From: Candidatus Sulfomarinibacteraceae bacterium
Lineage (GTDB): Bacteria > Acidobacteriota > Thermoanaerobaculia > Thermoanaerobaculales > Sulfomarinibacteraceae
DNA: 64,000 nt
Direction: 5' to 3'
Assembly (NCBI GenBank): GCA_963796455.1
Contig: CAWCLO010000007.1
Coordinates: forward strand, 192,001 to 256,000
Both the position numbers and the translations under genes were made by a program. Within the stretch, counting starts at the first letter, position 1, and the number at the start of each line of letters is the position of its first letter. This document shows, one piece after another, positions 29,127-39,834 of the stretch. Below the pieces are notes generated by a model. It did not search any database. It saw only the letters and a list, made by a program, of their open reading frames with translations, and was not told where the DNA came from.

Positions 29127-31343
29127 ATGAACGTCATTACGAAGACCGTCGAAATCGACGGCAAGACCCTGAGTTTCGAAACCGGGAAGATCGCCAAACA
29201 GGCCGACGGCTCCACCGTCGTCCGCATGGGCGACACCATGGTTTTGGTAACCGCCTGCTCGGAAGCCAGCCAGCGCCAGGGGGTGGATTTCCTTCCCCTC
29301 ACGGTGGACTACCGGGAAAACACATATGCCAGCGGCCGTATCCCCGGCGGATTCTTCAAACGCGAAGGACGACCGACCGAGCGCGAGATTCTCACCTGCC
29401 GGGTGATCGATCGCGGTCTGAGGCCACTCTTCCCGAGCGGTTATTACCGCGAAACCCAGGTCATCGCCTGGGTTCTGTCCGCCGACAACAACTTCAACTC
29501 TGACATCTATGGCATTTCGGGCGCATCGCTCGCCCTGCTGATGTCGCCGCAGATTCCCTTCTACGAAGCCATCGCCGGTGTCCGAATCGGTCGCATTGAT
29601 GGTCGGTTGATCGTCTTCCCCACCTTCGACGAGCTCGAGGAGAGCGAACTCGATCTGGTGGTCGCCGGCACCGAGGACGCTTTGGCGATGGTGGAGTGCG
29701 GTGCCACCGAGCTTTCCGAAGAGATCATTCTCGATGCGCTCGATCTTGCCCACAGTGAAATCAAGAGGATCATCGCGCTGCAACACGAGGTCGTTGCGGA
29801 GCTCGGCATCGTCAAGGACGAGTTCGTTTCCGATCCCAACCCCTGGCCCGATGATTTTGCCGAGGCCCTCCAGAACCGCTGGAGCGATGAACTGCGCGGG
29901 GCGCTCCAGGTTCGAGGAAAATTCGAACAGAAGGATGCCATCAACGCAGTCCGCGACAAGGTGCTGGCCGAACTCGGAGAGGACGAGGCCGACGAAAAGA
30001 CCCCGTGGGTCAAAAAGGTCTTCGGATCGATGGTCAAGGCCATCACCCGTGAAACGATCCTCGCCCAGCGCGAACGCCTCGACGGCCGCGCCTTTGACGA
30101 GATTCGTCCCGTTTCGTGTGAGGCCGGGGTCCTTCCTCGAACTCACGGGTCCGCTCTCTTCACCCGTGGCGAGACCCAGGCGATCGTCACCTGCACCCTT
30201 GGCACCTCAGACGACACCCAGCTCATCGAAAGTGTCGAGGGCGACCACCGCGAATCGTTCATGCTTCACTACAACTTCCCGCCCTTCTCGGTCGGCGAAG
30301 CCCGATTCCTGCGCGGCCCCGGTCGTCGCGAAATCGGACACGGAGCCCTCGCTCGAAGGGCCCTGGTGCCCGTGCTTCCGAGCGGGGACGACTTTCCTTA
30401 CACAATGCGGGTGGTTTCCGACATCCTTGAGTCCAACGGCTCGTCGTCGATGGCGTCGGTTTGCGGCGGTTCGATGTCGATGATGGATGCCGGCGCGCCG
30501 CTCAAGGGCGCAGTCGCGGGAATCGCCATGGGCCTCGTATCCGATGGTGATCGTTACGCGGTTCTCACCGATATTGCTGGTCAGGAAGACCACTACGGCG
30601 ACATGGATTTCAAAGTTGCCGGAACAGCCAAAGGCATCACGGCGCTGCAGATGGACATCAAGGTCGAAGGCCTCAGCCGGCAGATCCTTGAAGAAGCCAT
30701 GGAACAGGCTCGCCTCGGCCGCCTGCAACTGCTCGACAGCATGGCCAAAGCCATCGATCAGGGCCGTGAGGACATCTCACCCTATGCGCCACGGATCATC
30801 CAGATCAAGATCGACGTCGACAAGATCCGCAACGTGATCGGCCCCGGCGGCAAGATGATTCGCCACATCGTCGAAACCACCGGCGCAAAGATCAACGTCG
30901 AGGACGACGGCACGGTGCAGATCGCGACCTCGGACGGCGAGGCGGGTCAAAAAGCCATCGACATGGTCATGGGTCTGACCCGGGTGCCGGAGATCGGCGA
31001 GGAGTTCGACGGAATCGTCCGCCGAATCGAGCCCTACGGTGCATTTGTGGAGATTCTTCCCAATCACGACGGTCTGGTCCACATCTCCGAGCTCTCGCTC
31101 GAGCGAATCCCCGACATTCGCGACGTTTTGACCGAGGGTGACGAACTCAAAGTCCGCATCATCGATATCGATGCCAACGACCGCATCAAGCTGTCGCGCC
31201 GTGTCATCCTCGAGGATGAGGCGCGAGAGCGCGGCGAGGATATTCCCGAACGCGACACTCGTCCCCCACGTGACAATCGCCGCGGCGGAAGGCCGGGCGG
31301 CGGTCGTGGCGGCGGTCGCGACCGCGGGCCGCGTCGTAACTGA
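29127..31343 (+). CDS. pnp: Polyribonucleotide nucleotidyltransferase
   Basis: FLPLTVDYRE, IPGGFFKREGRP, RREIGHG and DMDFKVAG motifs, KH and S1 domains. Confidence 0.99.
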   Translation: MNVITKTVEIDGKTLSFETGKIAKQADGSTVVRMGDTMVLVTACSEASQRQGVDFLPLTVDYRENTYASGRIPGGFFKREGRPTEREILTCRVIDRGLRPLFPSGYYRETQVIAWVLSADNNFNSDIYGISGASLALLMSPQIPFYEAIAGVRIGRIDGRLIVFPTFDELEESELDLVVAGTEDALAMVECGATELSEEIILDALDLAHSEIKRIIALQHEVVAELGIVKDEFVSDPNPWPDDFAEALQNRWSDELRGALQVRGKFEQKDAINAVRDKVLAELGEDEADEKTPWVKKVFGSMVKAITRETILAQRERLDGRAFDEIRPVSCEAGVLPRTHGSALFTRGETQAIVTCTLGTSDDTQLIESVEGDHRESFMLHYNFPPFSVGEARFLRGPGRREIGHGALARRALVPVLPSGDDFPYTMRVVSDILESNGSSSMASVCGGSMSMMDAGAPLKGAVAGIAMGLVSDGDRYAVLTDIAGQEDHYGDMDFKVAGTAKGITALQMDIKVEGLSRQILEEAMEQARLGRLQLLDSMAKAIDQGREDISPYAPRIIQIKIDVDKIRNVIGPGGKMIRHIVETTGAKINVEDDGTVQIATSDGEAGQKAIDMVMGLTRVPEIGEEFDGIVRRIEPYGAFVEILPNHDGLVHISELSLERIPDIRDVLTEGDELKVRIIDIDANDRIKLSRRVILEDEARERGEDIPERDTRPPRDNRRGGRPGGGRGGGRDRGPRRN

Positions 31344-31366
31344 CGCACAAGCCAACTGAAAACCTC

Positions 31367-31392
31367 AAAACCGGCCGCAAGGCCGGTTTTTG
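31367..31392 (+). terminator. Intrinsic terminator after pnp
   Basis: AAAACCGGCC-GCAA-GGCCGGTTTTT. Confidence 0.9.
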
Positions 31393-31555
31393 TTGTGAAA
31401 GGGGGAAAGGGTGCAGGGCAGAAAGGGAGAACGGCCTTCGCAAACGCCTTGTGAATAGACGCAAAACTCCCCTGCTCCCCTGCTCCCCCGCTCCCTTTCA
31501 CCTCATGCCGCACCTTGACGAGAATTTCTTGCATTCTTGCCGCAGTTCGGAGAGA

Positions 31556-31575
31556 ATGAATGAGTGTTCATTCAT
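31556..31575. promoter_or_regulatory. TetR/FadR-like operator palindrome
   Basis: ATGAATGA-GTGT-TCATTCAT just upstream of an acyl-CoA dehydrogenase; resembles the Bacillus FadR (YsiA) box. Confidence 0.65.
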
Positions 31576-31613
31576 AATCTGATGACTGAGAGTGTCACTC
31601 AAGGAGGCCGGCC

Positions 31614-33456
31614 GTGGATTACAAAGTAGATAAGCGCGATGTCAAGTTCCAGCTCTTTGAATGGCTGGGTCTCGGCAAGATGCTCGAGGCAGAGAAATTC
31701 GCTGATTGGGACGAAGAAAACGTGCAGATGGTCCTCGATGAGGCCCTCAAGATCGCCAAGGAACAGTTGGGACCGTGCAACGAGGACGGAGACCGCATCG
31801 GCGCCCAATATGCCGATGGCAAGGTCACCCTGCCGGAATCCTTCAAACCCGTCTACCAGACCATCTGCGAAGGAGGTTGGCTCGGGCTCCTGGCAAGCCC
31901 CGAATATGGGGGCATGGGTCTTCCCGACACCGTCGGTACGGCGGTCAACGAGTTTTTCAACGGTTCGAACGTGGCTTTCACCCTGACGCTCATGTTGACC
32001 CGTGGTGCGGGCGCCATGATCGAAGGATTCGGCACCGATGAGCAGAAGGCCACCTTTGTCGAAAAGCTCTACTCCGGTGAGTGGAGTGGCACCATGTGTC
32101 TGACCGAGGCACAGGCCGGATCCGATGTCGGCGCCTCCACCACCAAGGCGGTTAAAAACGACGATGGCAGCTATGCCATCAGCGGTGAGAAGATCTTCAT
32201 CACCGGCGGCGACCACGACCTGCCCCAGAACATCATCCACCTGGTCCTCGCACGCACCCCGGATGCTCCCAGCGGAACAAAGGGTCTTTCCCTGTTCATC
32301 GTTCCCAAGATCCGGATCAATGACGACGGTTCCCTCGGAGAAGCAAACGACGTATTCGTCAACAATATCGAGGAGAAGATGGGCATCCACGGTTCGCCCA
32401 CCTGCACCCTCGTCTTCGGCCAGAACGACGGTTGCCAGGGCTTCATCCTGGGCGAAGAGCTTCAAGGCATGAAGCTCATGTTCCATCTCATGAACGCTGC
32501 CCGGATCGATGTTGGTCTGCAGGGCCAGGCTGCCGCCGGGGCCGCTCACCAACAGGCCCTGTCCTACGCCAAAGAGAGGTTGCAGAGCCGTCACTGGAAA
32601 GAGCTCAGAAATCCCGACGCGCCGCAGGTGGCGATCATCGAGCATCCGGACGTCCGGCGCATGTTGCTCTCATCGAAGGCCTACACCGAGGCCATGCGGG
32701 CACTGCTCCTGCAAACCTCCTATTACCTCGATATGTCCCACCTCACCGAGGGGGAAGAGGCCGAGCGATATCACAGCTATGTCGAGATGCTCACGCCGAT
32801 CTGCAAGGCGTGGTGCTCGGAATGGGGCGTCCAGGTCACCCACTGGTGCCTGCAGGTCCACGGTGGTTATGGCTATACCTCGGACTATCCCGCAGAACAA
32901 TTCATGCGTGACGCAGAAATCGCCTGCATCTACGAGGGCACCAATGGGATCCAGGCACTTGATTTCGTTGCCCGCAAGCTGCCGATGAACAACGGCCAGA
33001 CGATCCGCGAACTGCTCGGCGAGGCCGAGGCGACCTTCAAAAAGCTCCGCAGCGATTCGGAGATGATGGAACCGGCGTGGATGCTGGCCGCCGCCCTCAA
33101 ACAGATCGAGACCATCTCCAAGGAAATCACGAAACGGCCCGATGCGATCCAGTTGGTGCTCCTCAACGCACCCCCGCTGCTCGACATGGTCGGTACGGTA
33201 CTTGGTGCCCACTTACCTGTTGGATCAGGCCATTCTCGCAAAGAAAAAACTGACCGAAATCCTCCAAGAACAGGGGATCGACAGCGACGACAAAAAGGCC
33301 TACAAGGAATTCCTGAAGGGCCACGAAGACGCCGCCTTCTACCACAACAAGGTCCAGACCGCGATCCACTTCGCCTACCGCGCGCTGCCCACCGTGGCCG
33401 CCAAAGGCGCCGCAATCCGGTCAGGAGAAAAAAGCCCCTTCTACGCGATCATGTGA
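31614..33456 (+). pseudogene. Acyl-CoA dehydrogenase, frameshifted near 33213 (pseudogene or sequencing error)
   Basis: GTMCLTE..AGSD, ISGEKIFIT, EEKMGIHGSPT, GGYGY and IYEGTNGIQALD motifs. The natural C-terminus (YLLDQA...AAFYHNKVQTAIHF...AIM*) is in another frame; removing one T in CACTTACCTG restores it. A terminator follows 33456. Confidence 0.85.
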
Positions 33457-33484
33457 TCGCGATCGTTCCCTCCTCTTTTCTGGT

Positions 33485-33512
33485 TGCCCCCGCCGAGCGG
33501 GGGCATTTTTTT
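33485..33512 (+). terminator. Intrinsic terminator
   Basis: TGCCCCCGC-CGA-GCGGGGGCA followed by TTTTTTT. Confidence 0.9.
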
Positions 33513-33786
33513 GGCCCTAGGGGCTTGGGGATCGCAAATTTCCATCGAACCACATTGCTGTCCAAAACAGATCGTCATGAAGTTTCCCACCTGACAACAC
33601 GTGGTTTTCGGGTTGGTTCTTGGCATATCCAGTTCGCGGTTGCCCGCGTCCGCGTCCGTGCCCGTGCCCGAATTGCAGCGGCAGCGACAGGCAACAGCGA
33701 TCAGGGGCAGCGACAGGGAACAGCGACAGAGGGCAGCGACAGAGGACAGCGGAGGCGGCAGCGATCAGGAGTCCAGTCGGCGAAAT

Positions 33787-33923
33787 GGCCACCTCCGGGT
33801 CGTTCAACAGAAGGAGTAGCCGGTGGGCGGCCGATGTCAAGGACAGGCAGGGTGCAGGGCATCCTTGACATCGGCCACCACACCGGCTTGTGGGGTAGGG
33901 GCATGAACGACCCGGAGGTGACC
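33787..33923 (+). promoter_or_regulatory. Conserved nested hairpin sequestering the SD of the four-helix-bundle gene
   Basis: Three stems: GGCCACCTCCGGGTCGTTCA/TGAACGACCCGGAGGTGACC, AGCCGGTG/CACCGGCT and GGCCGATGTCAAGGA/TCCTTGACATCGGCC. Also at 54839-54974, 56687-56822 (minus) and 58929-59064. Confidence 0.8.
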
Positions 33924-34277
33924 ATGTCTTCAGCCGCCACGAACACCAACCTCGTTGCCCACTCCAAAGCCCTCGAAGCAGCAGGCATCTCGATAAAACT
34001 CGTGATGAGGGTTCCAGCTCCGCTGAAGTCCATAGCCAATCAGGTAATCCGTTCGGCAAGTTCAGTCCCTGCGAATCTGGCAGAAGGGCACGGCCGCGTC
34101 GGTAGAGACCGGTCGAATCACTGGAGAATCGCCTACGCCTCGGCCAAAGAGGTCGACAGCCACTTGCAGCTCCTCGCCCACACCGGGGCGATCAGCCCGA
34201 ACAGAGCCAGTGAAGCGATGAACGCCTTCGATCAGGTGCGTGCCATGACTTGGAGATTGATCAACCCAAAGTCTTGA
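33924..34277 (+). CDS. Four-helix-bundle protein (23S rRNA IVP / Avd-like family), 117 aa
   Basis: IANQVIRSASSVPANLAEGHGR...IAYASAKE family motif; GGAGGTG SD. Confidence 0.9.
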   Translation: MSSAATNTNLVAHSKALEAAGISIKLVMRVPAPLKSIANQVIRSASSVPANLAEGHGRVGRDRSNHWRIAYASAKEVDSHLQLLAHTGAISPNRASEAMNAFDQVRAMTWRLINPKS

Positions 34278-34537
34278 TTTCAGGGCTCCATGCCAGTCAA
34301 ACGTGAGGCTGACTGCTGTTCGCTGACCATGAACACTGGACACTGGTTCCTGACTCTGATCGCTGTCGCCGTCCCTGAACGCTATCCGAGACTCTGTTTT
34401 GGACAACATCGATCGAACGACAGCATTACAGGCCCATTCCGTCGAAGGAGATTCCGGCTACGACAAGGAAAGCAAAGCCGCGAGCCAGGTGCTCGCGGCT
34501 TGTTGTAGGCGAAAATTTTTTGGACTCGAACGCGGGA

Positions 34538-35587
34538 TCAGGCGATTGTCACCTCATCGCAGAGATACACGTCCTGGATTGCGTTGAGCAGCGTTACACC
34601 ATCGGTCATCGGTTTCTGGAACGCTTTGCGCCCGGAAATCAGACCCATGCCACCGGCGCGTTTGTTGATGACGGCGGTTGTCACCGCCTGCGCGAGATCA
34701 TTGTCACCCGAGGCGCCGCCGGAGTTGATGAGCCCGGCGCGACCCATGTAGCAGTTGACCACCTGCCAACGGGTCAACTCGATCGGATTGTTCGGGACCA
34801 GCGAGTCATAGACGAGCGGGTGGGTCTTGCCAAAACCAATGGCGGTGTAACCGCCGTTGTTGGTGGCCTGCTTTTGCTTGATGATGTCGGCTTCAATGGT
34901 CACACCGAGATGATTCGCCTGACCCGTGAGATCGGCCGAGGCATGATAGTCGGTGCCGTCTTTTTTGAAGGCCGAGTTCCGCAGATAGCACCACAACACC
35001 GTGCACATCCCGAGTTCGTGGGCGTGCTGGAACGCTTCTGAAATCTCCATGATCTGACGCCTGCAATTGTCGGAGCCGTAATAGATGGTTGCACCGATGG
35101 CAGCCGCCCCGAGATTCCACGCCTGTTCGACCGAGGCCCACAGCGTTTGATCGTAGTCATTCGGATAGGTCAACATCTCGTTGTGGTTGATTTTGACCAG
35201 GAACGGGATTTTGTGGGCGTAGGTCCTGGAGACCGAACCGAGGACACCGAGAGTCGAGGCCACCGCATTGCAGCCGCCCTCGAGAGCGAGCTCCACGATG
35301 TTCGCAGGATCAAAGTAGATCGGGTTGGGAGCAAAGGACGCCGCCCCGGAGTGTTCGATCCCCTGATCAACCGGAAGAATCGATATGAAACCGGTGCCCG
35401 CCATCCTGCCGGTGTTGAATATCCGCTGCATGGAAGCCATCACCTGCGGCGATCGATCGGTCTTCGAAACCACCCGGTCGATGAAATCCGGACCCGGCAG
35501 ATGGAGTTGGTATGACGAAACTCCGGTGCATTGATAGTTGAGTAACGATGCCTGGTCTCCGAGATGCTTGCTGATGGTATCGATCAT
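34538..35587 (-). CDS. fbaB: Class I fructose-bisphosphate aldolase
   Basis: [24 protein letters not shown] and [10 protein letters not shown] motifs. Confidence 0.95.
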   Translation of the reverse strand: MIDTISKHLGDQASLLNYQCTGVSSYQLHLPGPDFIDRVVSKTDRSPQVMASMQRIFNTGRMAGTGFISILPVDQGIEHSGAASFAPNPIYFDPANIVELALEGGCNAVASTLGVLGSVSRTYAHKIPFLVKINHNEMLTYPNDYDQTLWASVEQAWNLGAAAIGATIYYGSDNCRRQIMEISEAFQHAHELGMCTVLWCYLRNSAFKKDGTDYHASADLTGQANHLGVTIEADIIKQKQATNNGGYTAIGFGKTHPLVYDSLVPNNPIELTRWQVVNCYMGRAGLINSGGASGDNDLAQAVTTAVINKRAGGMGLISGRKAFQKPMTDGVTLLNAIQDVYLCDEVTIA

Positions 35588-35709
35588 GATTTCCTCCCGT
35601 GTGCAGCGACATTGTAGAACATTCCAGGAACAAGCGTCACCGCTCGAAAAACAGCGGCGAGATCACCGGGCCGTTTGAAAAAGAAACAACCGGGCTAGGC
35701 ACGGTAGAG

Positions 35710-35826
35710 GGGGAACGGGAGAAAGGGAGAAAGGGAGAAAGGGAGAAAGGGAGAAAGGGAGAACCGTACCGGAAACGTCGTTCGTAATAAGGGCCGTGTC
35801 TCCCCTGCTCCCCTGCTCCCCTTCCC
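35710..35826. repeat. Octamer arrays (AAAGGGAG)n and (CTCCCCTG)n in opposed orientation
   Basis: About five AAAGGGAG units at 35722-35762 and CTCCCCTG units at 35799-35826; similar pair at 31398-31498. Confidence 0.85.
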
Positions 35827-35830
35827 AAAA

Positions 35831-37174
35831 TCACCCTCGGCCGTAGCGGTGGGCAAACATTCCCGCCAGTATCGCTCCCTTGGCGACCGTGGTCGAAGCG
35901 ATGGCCAGCCACACCGCTTCCACCCCCCACCCTTCGGCGACCAACCACGCGGCCATCGGTACCCGCACCGCCGTCAGGACGATCACGGTTGCAGCCGGGA
36001 CGGCGGTCCACTGAGCGCCGGCAAAGGCGCCGATCATCACAACTTCGGCAGCCATGAAGAGTTGGGTCATACCAATCAGCAGGACGTAGGTCACTCCCGC
36101 CGAGATCACCCCTGGGTCCTGCGAGAAAATTCGGATCGCTGTTTCGGGCAGAGCCACCAGAAAGAGCGTCACCAATCCCACCGGCAGACAGGTCAGAAAG
36201 AGGGTTCGCCACGCACAGCGAACGGCACGGCCGGTATCTCCAGCGCCGAGATTCTGACCGACCAGAGTTGTCGCTGCGGCCCCCATTCCGGCGCAGACGA
36301 AGTAGTTCAGGACCTCGAGTTTGTGGCAAACACCGAGAGCAGCCACGGCGGGGGTGCCAAAATCGGTGATGACCCGGGTCAGGAGAATATAAATCAGGGA
36401 GAAAAGTGCGCCCTCGATTCCCAACGGCAGCCCAACCTTGAGCGCCTGCCAGGATTCGCGAACCGGGGGGCTGAACAACTCTGCGAATTTCGGTCGAATG
36501 CCGAGCCGACCGAGCAGTACCCAACCACGAAGGGAGGCGACGATCCACGAGACCACGGTTGCCGTGGCGGCACCGCCGACCCCGCAGACCGGCACCGGGC
36601 CAAACCCGAAAATCAGGATCGGATCGAGAATCAGGTTGACTCCGCCGGCAATGGCCAACAACCTCAATGGGGTCCGGGCGTCGCCGACTGCGCGGAACGC
36701 CGCGGACAACCAGACAAAGATGAAATAGGCCGGCATTCCGGCGAAAATTACCCACATGTAGCGGAGGCCTTCGGTCGTCACCGCCGCATCCGTACCCATA
36801 AAGGCAAAGGTCGCGGAACTCAGCAACAGACCGGCAGCCGAAACCGCTGCAGATCCCCAGACACTCAGGGCCTGACCGGCAGCGGCAGCCTTTTTCGCAC
36901 CATCCGGATCGTCGGCACCAATCGCCCGCGCCAGAACCGAACCCGAACCCGCTGAGACACCATCACCAAGGGTCTGGGCGAGCCACATCGTGAATCCTGC
37001 GGTCGAAGCAGCAGCCAAGGCCACTGCACCGACCCGACCGAGCCAAAAAGTATCGACAACAAGGAAACCGGCCTGGAGCAGGGCCGCGGCAGCGGCCGGA
37101 GCCCCGAGGTGGAGAATCGCCCGGTCGATGGAACCGGAGATCATCAGATCGCGGTAACGAAGAGCGTCACTCAC
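35831..37174 (-). CDS. MATE family efflux transporter
   Basis: VDTFWLGRVG, FRAVGDARTP, NLILDPILIFG...GGAATAT and VGQNLGAG motifs; start codon uncertain. Confidence 0.93.
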   Translation of the reverse strand: MSDALRYRDLMISGSIDRAILHLGAPAAAAALLQAGFLVVDTFWLGRVGAVALAAASTAGFTMWLAQTLGDGVSAGSGSVLARAIGADDPDGAKKAAAAGQALSVWGSAAVSAAGLLLSSATFAFMGTDAAVTTEGLRYMWVIFAGMPAYFIFVWLSAAFRAVGDARTPLRLLAIAGGVNLILDPILIFGFGPVPVCGVGGAATATVVSWIVASLRGWVLLGRLGIRPKFAELFSPPVRESWQALKVGLPLGIEGALFSLIYILLTRVITDFGTPAVAALGVCHKLEVLNYFVCAGMGAAATTLVGQNLGAGDTGRAVRCAWRTLFLTCLPVGLVTLFLVALPETAIRIFSQDPGVISAGVTYVLLIGMTQLFMAAEVVMIGAFAGAQWTAVPAATVIVLTAVRVPMAAWLVAEGWGVEAVWLAIASTTVAKGAILAGMFAHRYGRG

Positions 37175-37296
37175 GCCAGGCACCTTTTGGGTGCGAATGA
37201 GGAATGAGGAATGAGGAAATCCCACCGAACCCAACGAAATGACATCTCCGAAGGGTGGTGTGCCCCATTCCCAATTCCTAATTCCTGATTCTCAAT

Positions 37297-38625
37297 TCAG
37301 ACGGTCTTCACCTCTTCACTGAACTGGATGCCAAGCCGCTCGAGCTCTTCGAGTGCCGGTGCGTAGAATTCCTTCATCACCGGTACGATCACACCTGGTT
37401 GGGTGAAGCGGCCCTCGAGGATGAAACGAACACCAACCGCCGCCGGCAGGCCAACCGTGCGATTCATCGATGAATCACCACCCGGGATGCCGAAATCGAT
37501 CATGCTCGAGGTGATGTGCTCGGTACGATCCGGGAACTCAGCCACGAAGGTGTGCTGGAGCACAAGCATGTCGCGCTCGCCGTCACCATAAGACATTTTC
37601 TCGAGCATTCGGTGGGTCAGGATGTCTACCGGCGCCGTCGGCTCCGGCAACAAATCGGTTCCGAGAAGTCCCAGCCATTCCATGCCCGCGAGCTCAGGAC
37701 CGGCAGCATCGATTTCGAGCTGGGCCGCGAGCTTCGCCTTGAGGTCATCGGTCCCGTCAACCCCGGCCAGAAGGGCTGTCAGATCAGCGTACGTCTTCCC
37801 CTCGAGGCCGTCGATACCATCGGTGCGCAACCAACCCAGGCGAGCTGCCTGTTTCTGGATCGGGCACCAGGCCGGAAAACGCAGGGTTCCGCGGAACATG
37901 ACGTCGCGCGGGTCGATGCCGTAGGTCTCGGTGTAGGGCATGGAGTCGCGATTGGGGTAGCCCTGAAGATCGGTCGGCACACCGTCGATCGCCACCTGCA
38001 CCGGCCAGACATGGTCGAAAAGCTCCGGTCCTGCGACGTCGACGACCTTTCCATCCCGGCGGTAGCGCGCGGTGTTGAGCCCGGCCAACAGCACGCCCCG
38101 CGGGCTCCACGAGAACTTGTAGCCATAAGGGTTGTCGTTGGCCTCAGGGGCCGGCAACCCGCCGCAATAGGACTGGAATGTCGTGATTTTACCGCCCTCG
38201 GCGTGGACCCTGTCGATCACCTGCATCGCCGTCATGTGGTCGATGCCGGGGTCGACACCGAGCTCGTTGATGAGAATGACGCCCTTTTCCTTGGCCTCCG
38301 CGTCGAGTGCCTGCATCTCTTCCTTGACATAGGAAGTGGTGACCATGTGGCGACCCTGGTTGATGCATGCGCGCGCGACCTGCGGGTGGAACTGCCAGGG
38401 CAGCAGGCTGACCGCAACATCGTGCTCGGCAATGATCTCTTCGAGACGATCGGGCTCGACGGTGATGTCGTAGGCCATCGGTGTTCCCTTGGGGTGACCG
38501 TCGAGGATTTCCTCGGCCTTGCTCACCGTCCGGCTGGCGACGGTGACTTCAAATCCCTGATCCAACAAATAGCGAACGTGGGCCCTCACGACCAGGCCCG
38601 CGCCAAAAACAACGACTTTCTTCAT
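37297..38625 (-). CDS. Saccharopine dehydrogenase family protein
   Basis: ELGVDPGIDHM, SYCGGLPAPE, YKFSWSPRGVL, YPNRDS and RGTLR motifs. Confidence 0.93.
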   Translation of the reverse strand: MKKVVVFGAGLVVRAHVRYLLDQGFEVTVASRTVSKAEEILDGHPKGTPMAYDITVEPDRLEEIIAEHDVAVSLLPWQFHPQVARACINQGRHMVTTSYVKEEMQALDAEAKEKGVILINELGVDPGIDHMTAMQVIDRVHAEGGKITTFQSYCGGLPAPEANDNPYGYKFSWSPRGVLLAGLNTARYRRDGKVVDVAGPELFDHVWPVQVAIDGVPTDLQGYPNRDSMPYTETYGIDPRDVMFRGTLRFPAWCPIQKQAARLGWLRTDGIDGLEGKTYADLTALLAGVDGTDDLKAKLAAQLEIDAAGPELAGMEWLGLLGTDLLPEPTAPVDILTHRMLEKMSYGDGERDMLVLQHTFVAEFPDRTEHITSSMIDFGIPGGDSSMNRTVGLPAAVGVRFILEGRFTQPGVIVPVMKEFYAPALEELERLGIQFSEEVKTV

Positions 38626-38668
38626 GATTGCTCCTTCGCAGCCGCGCAGCAGCGCGGAATTTCAGTTC

Positions 38669-39649
38669 TCAGGCTCCAAGAGTCGCCACCATCACCGCTT
38701 TGATGGTGTGGAGGCGATTTTCGGCCTGGTCAAAAACGCGGGATTGTTTGCCTTCGAAGACTGCATCCTCGACCTCTTGAATCAACGGGTATTTCTTTGA
38801 CACCTCGGTGAGCAAATTGTGGAACGCGGGCAGACAATGCAGGAATATGGTGCCCGGCTTCCCGCTCAGAGCCATCATGGCTTCGGTGATCTTGTAGGGA
38901 CCGAGCACACGAATGCGTTCCGCAATCATGTCTTCCTCGCCCATCGACGCCCAGACGTCGGCATAGATGGCGTCGGCGCCGTTGACTCCCTCCTCGATGG
39001 AGTCCGTCACGATCAACGAGCCGCCGGTCGAGCTGGCAATCTCGTTGACCGCCGCCACCAGATCAGCATCCGGCTGCAACGATTCAGGCGAAACGACTCG
39101 ACAGTTCATTCCGAGCTTGGCGCAGCCGACCATCGTCGAGTTGGCCACGTTGTTCCGCCCATCACCGACATAGGCCAGGGTCCGTCCCTCGAGGTCGCCA
39201 AACTCCTCGTCGATCGTCAGGACATCGGCGAGAAACTGGGTCGGGTGCCAATCATCGGTGAGGCCGTTCCACACCGGCACACCTGCGTACTCGGCAAGTG
39301 TCTCCACCGTTTGGTGTTGGAACCCACGAAATTCGATACCATCGAACATCCGGCCGAGCACCCGGGCGGTGTCGGCAACCGTTTCTTTCTTGCCAAACTG
39401 AATGTCACCCTTGCCGAGGTACTCGGGGTGGGCGCCCTCATCGATGCACGCGACGGTGAACGCGCAGCGGGTCCGGGTGGAAGGCTTTTCGAAGAGCAGC
39501 GCGATATTCAGACCGTCAAGGGCCCGCTCGCGAATGCCGGCCTTTTTCTTGGCCTTGAGTTCGGCCGAAAGACGCAATAATTCGCGGATCTCGTTGGGAG
39601 AAAAGTCGAGCAGTTTGAGGAATGAACGACCCTGTAAGTCGACTGCCAT
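38669..39649 (-). CDS. argF: Ornithine carbamoyltransferase
   Basis: [27 protein letters not shown] and QAENRLH motifs. Confidence 0.9.
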   Translation of the reverse strand: MAVDLQGRSFLKLLDFSPNEIRELLRLSAELKAKKKAGIRERALDGLNIALLFEKPSTRTRCAFTVACIDEGAHPEYLGKGDIQFGKKETVADTARVLGRMFDGIEFRGFQHQTVETLAEYAGVPVWNGLTDDWHPTQFLADVLTIDEEFGDLEGRTLAYVGDGRNNVANSTMVGCAKLGMNCRVVSPESLQPDADLVAAVNEIASSTGGSLIVTDSIEEGVNGADAIYADVWASMGEEDMIAERIRVLGPYKITEAMMALSGKPGTIFLHCLPAFHNLLTEVSKKYPLIQEVEDAVFEGKQSRVFDQAENRLHTIKAVMVATLGA

Positions 39650-39834
39650 CGAGGCCTCCAATTCGGAAGTCACGCCGGTGGCAAAGATGTCACCACCGGC
39701 GCGGCTGCATGGTACTCCGAGTAACCATATTTGCCAAGGGCTGGCTCAGCCAGGAACGGAAGGAGGCCGAGGCCAAGGATCTCTACCGGCCCGAGTCTGG
39801 TTTTTCCGGCATTTCGCTCGACCGTCCGACAAAT

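Larger units (their letters stand above)
33552..34412 (+). mobile_element. E3: full-length TIR element carrying a four-helix-bundle gene
   Basis: TIR cores TGTCCAAAACAGA (33559-33571) and TCTGTTTTGGACA (34393-34405); flanking TCGAACC / TCGAACG (6/7 match). Confidence 0.82.

Noticed and set aside
31614..34277. 887-aa ORF as a genuine fusion protein
   Set aside because: The true dehydrogenase C-terminus is in another frame and is followed by a terminator; the intervening peptide is translated repeat DNA.
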